This document shows, in pieces, positions 51,262-55,149 of a DNA stretch of 55,149 nucleotides (its first letter is position 1; each line of letters starts with the position of its first letter). A program made the position numbers and the translations under genes. The DNA comes from a virus. Taxonomy: Duplodnaviria > Caudoviricetes. Location of the stretch: positions 1 through 55,149 of the IMG/VR virus record IMGVR_UViG_3300037149_000085. One strand, given 5' to 3'. The notes beneath the pieces were generated by a model. It saw only the letters and a program-made list of their open reading frames with translations, did no database searches and had not been told where the DNA came from.

Positions 51262-51291
51262 TTGACAAAAGATGACTTTCAGCAGTATTGT
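51262..51291 (+). promoter_or_regulatory. Promoter for the leader/tRNA locus
   Basis: Perfect TTGACA (51262-51267), 18 nt spacer, TATTGT. Confidence 0.65.
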
Positions 51292-51467
51292 TAGAGAGTA
51301 CCTCTTCGAGACCTCTTGACTGGGTGGGACTCGGAGATATAAGCCCAGCGGAGGATGGTTCACTCCAGAGTAAGAACCTTGCAAGGGAATTCTGAGATTG
51401 CAGGAATCCTTGCGAAAACAAAGCAATCGGGATCAGCTCCTGCCCAAAATGGGGGCACACCAAAATC

Positions 51468-51551
51468 ATGACGATGACTACACAAACTCGAATTACGAAA
51501 ACCACTATCCAAACGGGTAGCGGCTTCGAGTTTTGGTTGGGCAACTGGTAA
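51468..51551 (+). CDS. Thr/Ile-rich attenuator leader peptide MTMTTQTRITKTTIQTGSGFEFWLGNW
   Basis: 27 codons; 8 Thr and 2 Ile among the first 16; ends TAA TAG TAG; overlaps alternative hairpins. Confidence 0.65.
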   Translation: MTMTTQTRITKTTIQTGSGFEFWLGNW

Positions 51552-51575
51552 TAGTAGCCCGAGTCAAAGAGCTTG

Positions 51576-51605
51576 AAGCCGCCCTTAACCGGGCGGTTTT
51601 ACTTT
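51576..51605 (+). terminator. Intrinsic terminator (attenuator 3:4 hairpin)
   Basis: AAGCCGCCC-TTAACC-GGGCGGTTT followed by TACTTT. Confidence 0.8.
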
Positions 51606-51676
51606 GACCCATACAGCGGGTGTTTAAGCTGTAAATGACCCCTATATGGGTACAGTCGTACCTAATTAGGGGTTAC

Positions 51677-51753
51677 AGGCGCATAGCTCAGCCCGGTAGA
51701 GCCCTCCGCTGATAACGGAGAGGTCGGTGGTTCGAATCCACCTGCGCCTACCA
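51677..51753 (+). tRNA. tRNA-Ile(GAT)
   Basis: Acceptor AGGCGCA/TGCGCCT, anticodon arm CTCCG-CTGATAA-CGGAG, T arm GGTGG-TTCGAAT-CCACC, encoded CCA. Confidence 0.97.
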
Positions 51754-51882
51754 AGATTATGGGCAGATGACTTGGTTCCTCACTGCCAGAGCCGGGGGCA
51801 ATGGTGCCGCACGGTGAGCAAATGAGGCACTCGACTCCTGCGGCGTGAGTTACGCCTCTGCCGTAGGAGAAACGTTATTAAG

Positions 51883-51944
51883 GCGCAAGTATCGCGCAAT
51901 ATAAATATGATACGCGCAATATACGACAAGTTTAATTGCGCGTA
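51883..51944. repeat. CGCGCAAT direct and inverted repeats (putative protein-binding sites)
   Basis: CGCGCAATATA at 51893 and 51913 (20 bp apart); inverted ATTGCGCGTA at 51935-51944; partial GCGCAA at 51883. Confidence 0.6.
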
Positions 51945-51983
51945 TAAAAAGGCCGGGTTAGCTCACACTCAGTATTAGTCCTA

Positions 51984-52148
51984 ATGAGGACAAAGGTACT
52001 GTGGGCCATTAGAGCGAAGGATGGACGCTGGACTATACGTAATGACGACGAGGTTGACCCCAGCAAAGTGAACCCTGATGAATGGGCACTCACAAAGTTC
52101 GAGCTCCTCGTGTTCAAAGAAGACCCTCCCAAGTGGAGACCAAGTTAA
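51984..52148 (+). CDS. Small hypothetical protein (54 aa)
   Basis: MRTKVLWAIRAKDGRWTIRNDD..; preceded by AGTATTAG-N5; stop codon abuts the tRNA. Confidence 0.55.
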   Translation: MRTKVLWAIRAKDGRWTIRNDDEVDPSKVNPDEWALTKFELLVFKEDPPKWRPS

Positions 52149-52227
52149 GTTGGCGTGGCACAGTGGCCGACTGCACCTGATCCGTACTCAGGAATCACCG
52201 GGGGTTCAAATCCCTCCGCCAGCTCCA
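52149..52227 (+). tRNA. tRNA-Thr(CGT), atypical
   Basis: Acceptor GTTGGCG/CGCCAGC, anticodon arm CCTGA-TCCGTAC-TCAGG, T arm GGGGG-TTCAAAT-CCCTC, T73 then CCA. Confidence 0.8.
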
Positions 52228-52237
52228 AAGGACACAT

Positions 52238-52426
52238 ATGAACGACAGACAGTACTGGAATAAACGGTTGGATGAAGCGTACGCAAAGCGACCTAGGACC
52301 GCCGAGGAGTTCGCGGATGAACAAGTTCGCGAAATGCTTCACGCTATTCATCAACGATACGACGCTGATAAGGTGACTAAATCTTTAGCCGCCCGACTTC
52401 AGGGATTAAGGGCAGCACAGTATTAG
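52238..52426 (+). CDS. Small hypothetical protein
   Basis: 62 aa; SD AAGGA. Confidence 0.55.
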   Translation: MNDRQYWNKRLDEAYAKRPRTAEEFADEQVREMLHAIHQRYDADKVTKSLAARLQGLRAAQY

Positions 52427-52431
52427 ATCGT

Positions 52432-52628
52432 ATGTCATATGAAAGTGAAACTCGAAGAACGTTTAACCGGAATCGCAAGCTGTACCTCAACACAGTGAAG
52501 GTGGGTAATAAGCATTTACCCGACCCGGTTCATATGATATATGGCTATGATCCGGACGGTACCAGAGGAGCCGGGACAAGGTTATCGGTGCGGCAGGCGA
52601 ATAAAGTTCTGAAGCCCTTCAACATGAA
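52432..52628 (+). pseudogene. 5' part of a gene interrupted by IS605 element B
   Basis: Removing 52629-54152 gives ..KPFNM-NPKLRARLL.. in frame with 54153-54300. Confidence 0.7.
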
Positions 52629-52664
52629 CGGCTCGACGAGCGCAATCCCAACCTTTAGGTTGGG

Positions 52665-53141
52665 TTAGCGAGTGCCTTGGTTCTCAACATAACGCTTGAG
52701 GACCTCAAGAGTCACGCCGCCAGTAGAGGCGGCAAAGTAGCCAGAGTTCCAAAGAGTGCGGGAATGGTCGCCCCAGAACATTGAGCCGTAGCGGTTAAGG
52801 AAGAATTTTGAGGACACGGATTTGAGTCTAGCAACCACAGTGGAAACAGAAGCGGACGGCGGAACCTCCAGCAGAAAATGTATGTGGTCAGACTCACCAT
52901 TCACTTCGATTATTCGGTACTTGTAGTAAGAGGCGATGCGAGGAAACAGGGCAAGCAGGTATCTGAGACGGGAAGGAGACAACACTTGGCGACGGAATTT
53001 TACGACGAAAACGATGTGGAAAATCAGCCGATGGACACTGTGGCTACTTGTTGCGTAATCGGCGTTCCCGATTCGTTTGCTCCCGTACTTGATGTCTTGC
53101 TGGTTCGGACTCGGAAGGACGTTCTGCCTCGTATGCTTCAT
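52665..53141 (-). CDS. tnpA: IS200/IS605 Y1 (HUH) transposase TnpA
   Basis: HIVFVVKFRR, DHIHFL (HUH), LKSVSS, LWNSGYF, RYVENQ (catalytic Tyr). Confidence 0.95.
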   Translation of the reverse strand: MKHTRQNVLPSPNQQDIKYGSKRIGNADYATSSHSVHRLIFHIVFVVKFRRQVLSPSRLRYLLALFPRIASYYKYRIIEVNGESDHIHFLLEVPPSASVSTVVARLKSVSSKFFLNRYGSMFWGDHSRTLWNSGYFAASTGGVTLEVLKRYVENQGTR

Positions 53142-54110
53142 CTGCGGGAATGCTCCTCATCCAAGTATTACCCAGAAATCCCTTGTGTCATAGCAAAATC
53201 GCTCATCACCAAATACCAGCGTAACAAGAAGCTGGTTACGGTCAGCCACATCGTTCTGCCCATCTGCGGGGACAAAGGTAAGCAAATCAAGCGGGAGAAG
53301 AATGGACTCAGGATTCCTGCGCTGTTCAAGAAGGAAATCTTGCCAATCACATTCCCTAAGCCTGTAGTTGGTTGGGTGAGAAGCATCGAGTTTTTCAAAC
53401 GCAAAGGTCAATGGCTTGCATCGGTGTGCTATAACACCCACGCCCAGCCGCAAATCGAAGTCAAAGGTTGCATCGGAGTAGACCGTAATTCTGTTGGAAA
53501 TGTCGCTGTATTGGCAGACCCACAGAACGGTCAGGTCAGACACCTTGGCTTCAATCCCGCTGCGACAAAGGACAACTGGCGTCGTCGCAGGGCAACACTC
53601 AAGAGTCAAGGGAAGATTCGTACTCTGCGACAGTTGAGCCAAAAGCAGTCAAGACGTACAAAGCACGAGAATCACATAGTGTCTAAAGCAATCGTTTCCT
53701 ACGCCAAAACACACCGCAGAGCAATCGCCGTGGAAAACCTTGAGAGCGTCCGCAAGCCTAAGAGCAAAATCCGTGGCTATGTCGAGCGTTCACAGTGGGC
53801 TTTCTACCAGCTATTGCAGTACATCACGTACAAAGCTGCCTTGCTTGGCGTTCCCGTAATCAAGGTCAATCCCGCTTATACATCGCAGGATTGCTCAAGG
53901 TGCGGACAGCGGACAAAGCCGAACGGGAAAGCATTCGTTTGTGCTTCTTGCGGACACAAAGACCACAGGGATAGCAACTCAGCCTTCAACATCGGCATGA
54001 GTGGCAATCGGACAATCGACGTGGAATTACTTGCGGACTCAGCGAGCCGCAGGTCGGGTGTACTGGTGACCCCGTTTCTGGCGACTACGGAGGCATACGC
54101 TTATGCCTAA
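53031..54110 (+). CDS. tnpB: TnpB RNA-guided endonuclease (divergent N-terminus; start uncertain)
   Basis: IGVDRN, IAVENL, HRDSNSAFNI RuvC triad; YTSQDCSRC/CASC zinc ribbon. Confidence 0.9.
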   Translation: MDTVATCCVIGVPDSFAPVLDVLLVRTRKDVLPRMLHLRECSSSKYYPEIPCVIAKSLITKYQRNKKLVTVSHIVLPICGDKGKQIKREKNGLRIPALFKKEILPITFPKPVVGWVRSIEFFKRKGQWLASVCYNTHAQPQIEVKGCIGVDRNSVGNVAVLADPQNGQVRHLGFNPAATKDNWRRRRATLKSQGKIRTLRQLSQKQSRRTKHENHIVSKAIVSYAKTHRRAIAVENLESVRKPKSKIRGYVERSQWAFYQLLQYITYKAALLGVPVIKVNPAYTSQDCSRCGQRTKPNGKAFVCASCGHKDHRDSNSAFNIGMSGNRTIDVELLADSASRRSGVLVTPFLATTEAYAYA

Positions 54111-54152
54111 CCAAGGTTCAAAGAATCCCAGAGTTTACTCTGGGAGCATCAA

Positions 54153-54300
54153 TCCAAAACTTAGAGCTCGGTTATTGCGTGCATGGCGACGGAAGCAAGC
54201 GATAGAGTATTTCACAAACGCCAACTTTGTAAATTTTCGGCGTTGTGGAAAGTCTGGGTTGCAGGCGAGATTGTTCTGTTATCACTTGAGGTGGCTGTAG
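54153..54300 (+). pseudogene. 3' part of the gene interrupted by element B
   Basis: In frame with 52432-52628 after IS removal. Confidence 0.65.
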
Positions 54301-54618
54301 ATGAGCCCAAAGGTTAAGAGCATGTTCAATCAGCAGAAACAGAACCCTTGTGGAGGATGTGGTGGGTGCCTAGATTGCCTCTTGATTGAACGGCATGCAG
54401 GGTTTAGTATGGACGAGCATCTGGAAGCTTTTGGTCGGCAGCTTGATGTTAAAACTGCAGAAGATGTACAACGACAGCAAGATGAGGATAGGTTTACTGA
54501 GTTCCTCCGCGCACAGAAGATTGCAAGGTTCCCGCGAGCGTATGTGGAGTTACTGGTGCAGTGTGGAGAGATCAGTCAGGAAGCGGCAGAGCAGATGTTA
54601 AGGGAGAACGTGGAATGA
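54301..54618 (+). CDS. Hypothetical protein with CxxCxxCxxC motif
   Basis: 105 aa; SD GAGGT; CGGCGGCLDC. Confidence 0.65.
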   Translation: MSPKVKSMFNQQKQNPCGGCGGCLDCLLIERHAGFSMDEHLEAFGRQLDVKTAEDVQRQQDEDRFTEFLRAQKIARFPRAYVELLVQCGEISQEAAEQMLRENVE

Positions 54619-54619
54619 A

Positions 54620-55043
54620 CCAATTCGCCCCGCAATCCCTCCGCTTGCGGTGGGTAAGGGGCGAGGCTATTTACCTTGATTCTCAATATATTTCTTGAGA
54701 ACTTCCAAAGTAGCTCCTCCTACGGAACAAAGGAAGTAACCGCTGCTCCACATGGTTCTTTTATGGTTGCCCCAGAAGAAAGAGCCGTAGATGTTAAGGA
54801 TAACTTGAGCGGACTTGGATTTGAGGATGGAAACGATTGTGGATAACTGGACGGTGGGCGGATAGGACAAAAGAAAATGGATATGGTCTGCTTCTCCATT
54901 TATTTCAGTAATAGAACAGTGTAGTTCTTTAGCGAGTTCACCAAGCACAAAGTAAAGAGACTTGCTAATTGTAGGTGTAAGGATTTTTCTACGGAACTTA
55001 GTGCAGAGCACAACATGGACAGTGAGATGATAAATACAGTGAA
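54620..55043 (+). mobile_element. Truncated IS605 element C (LE and tnpA remnant; tnpB and RE missing)
   Basis: Follows ATGAA (54615-54619); LE CAAT-CCCTCCGC-TT-GCGGTGGG; tnpA homology stops near 55040. Confidence 0.7.
54667..55041 (-). pseudogene. tnpA: 5'-truncated IS200/IS605 transposase TnpA
   Basis: HCIYHLTVHVVLCTKFRRK..DHIHFL..KYIENQ; no plausible start upstream of the HCIY segment. Confidence 0.8.
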
Positions 55044-55149
55044 ATTTCAGAGCCTCGTTGAGCAGTGGAAGAAAGAGCGGGGCGCGAGATCGTCAATCTC
55101 GGAAGCGGCAATATTGAATCCTTATCAGAGGATCATCGGAATGGGCGAA
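55027..55149 (+). CDS. Hypothetical protein, runs off the window
   Basis: (MINTV)KFQSLVEQWKKERGARSSISEAAILNPYQRIIGMGE reads like a conserved small-protein family (F..L...W..YQ.IIGMG). Confidence 0.5.
   Translation, partial: MINTVKFQSLVEQWKKERGARSSISEAAILNPYQRIIGMGE

Larger units (their letters stand above)
52629..54152 (+). mobile_element. IS605-family element B (divergent tnpA/tnpB), inserted after ATGAA
   Basis: LE CAAT-CCCAACCT-TT-AGGTTGGG; RE GAAT-CCCAGAGT..ACTCTGGG-AGCATCAA; carries both tnpA and tnpB. Confidence 0.9.

Noticed and set aside
50659-51426. 255-aa minus-strand ORF
   Set aside because: It is antisense to the promoter-linked 321-aa gene, which has a recognisable zinc motif; likely a shadow ORF.
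51298-51470. T-box riboswitch or tmRNA upstream of the tRNAs (GGGTGGGACT; ..CACACCA)
   Set aside because: The T-box-like string is at the 5' end with no Stem I or specifier loop before it. There is no T-arm (GGTTCRANTCC) and no tag ending in ALAA for a tmRNA. The leader-peptide attenuator explains the region better.
51254-51544. 96-aa minus-strand ORF
   Set aside because: It is antisense to the promoter/leader/terminator unit, has no RBS, and has shadow-like composition.
51754-51830. Theta/HDV-like ribozyme or hammerhead directly after tRNA-Ile
   Set aside because: P1 and P2 of the nested double pseudoknot could not be assigned, and CAGATGA deviates from the CUGANGA core. It is kept only as a weak structured-RNA candidate.
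1-55149. CRISPR array, DGR (RT/TR-VR), inteins, or stop-codon reassignment
   Set aside because: No regularly spaced repeats, no reverse transcriptase and no intein motifs were seen. Long genes end normally at TAA, TAG and TGA with tight spacing.

Overview
This window is a segment of a large (jumbo-type) myovirus genome, standard genetic code. Bases 1-41 kb form a + strand contractile-tail/baseplate module: tape-measure C-terminus, an SLT-domain tail protein, tube-initiator-like protein, hub, spike, very large Ig-repeat appendage proteins, and gp25/J/I-like wedge proteins. It is interrupted by an orphan TnpB, a 3D-domain protein, a T4-type lysozyme, a free-standing GIY-YIG endonuclease and a NUDIX-containing protein. 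Bases 41-55 kb are an accessory region of small, largely leaderless genes, two tRNAs and three related IS605-family elements. The IS elements all sit after 5'-ATGAA, and the two complete ones split genes in frame. The main finding is at 51.26-51.60 kb: a promoter, a Thr/Ile-rich 27-codon leader peptide and mutually exclusive 1:2, 2:3 and 3:4 hairpins. This is classical ribosome-mediated attenuator architecture, but it lies upstream of tRNA-Ile(GAT) and an atypical tRNA-Thr(CGT) rather than biosynthetic genes. Other findings include a gene cassette inserted between 26-bp direct repeats, an AGTATTAG-N5-ATG leaderless promoter motif, and an RBS-sequestering hairpin on the homing endonuclease. All product calls come from motif recognition and synteny only; no database searches were run.
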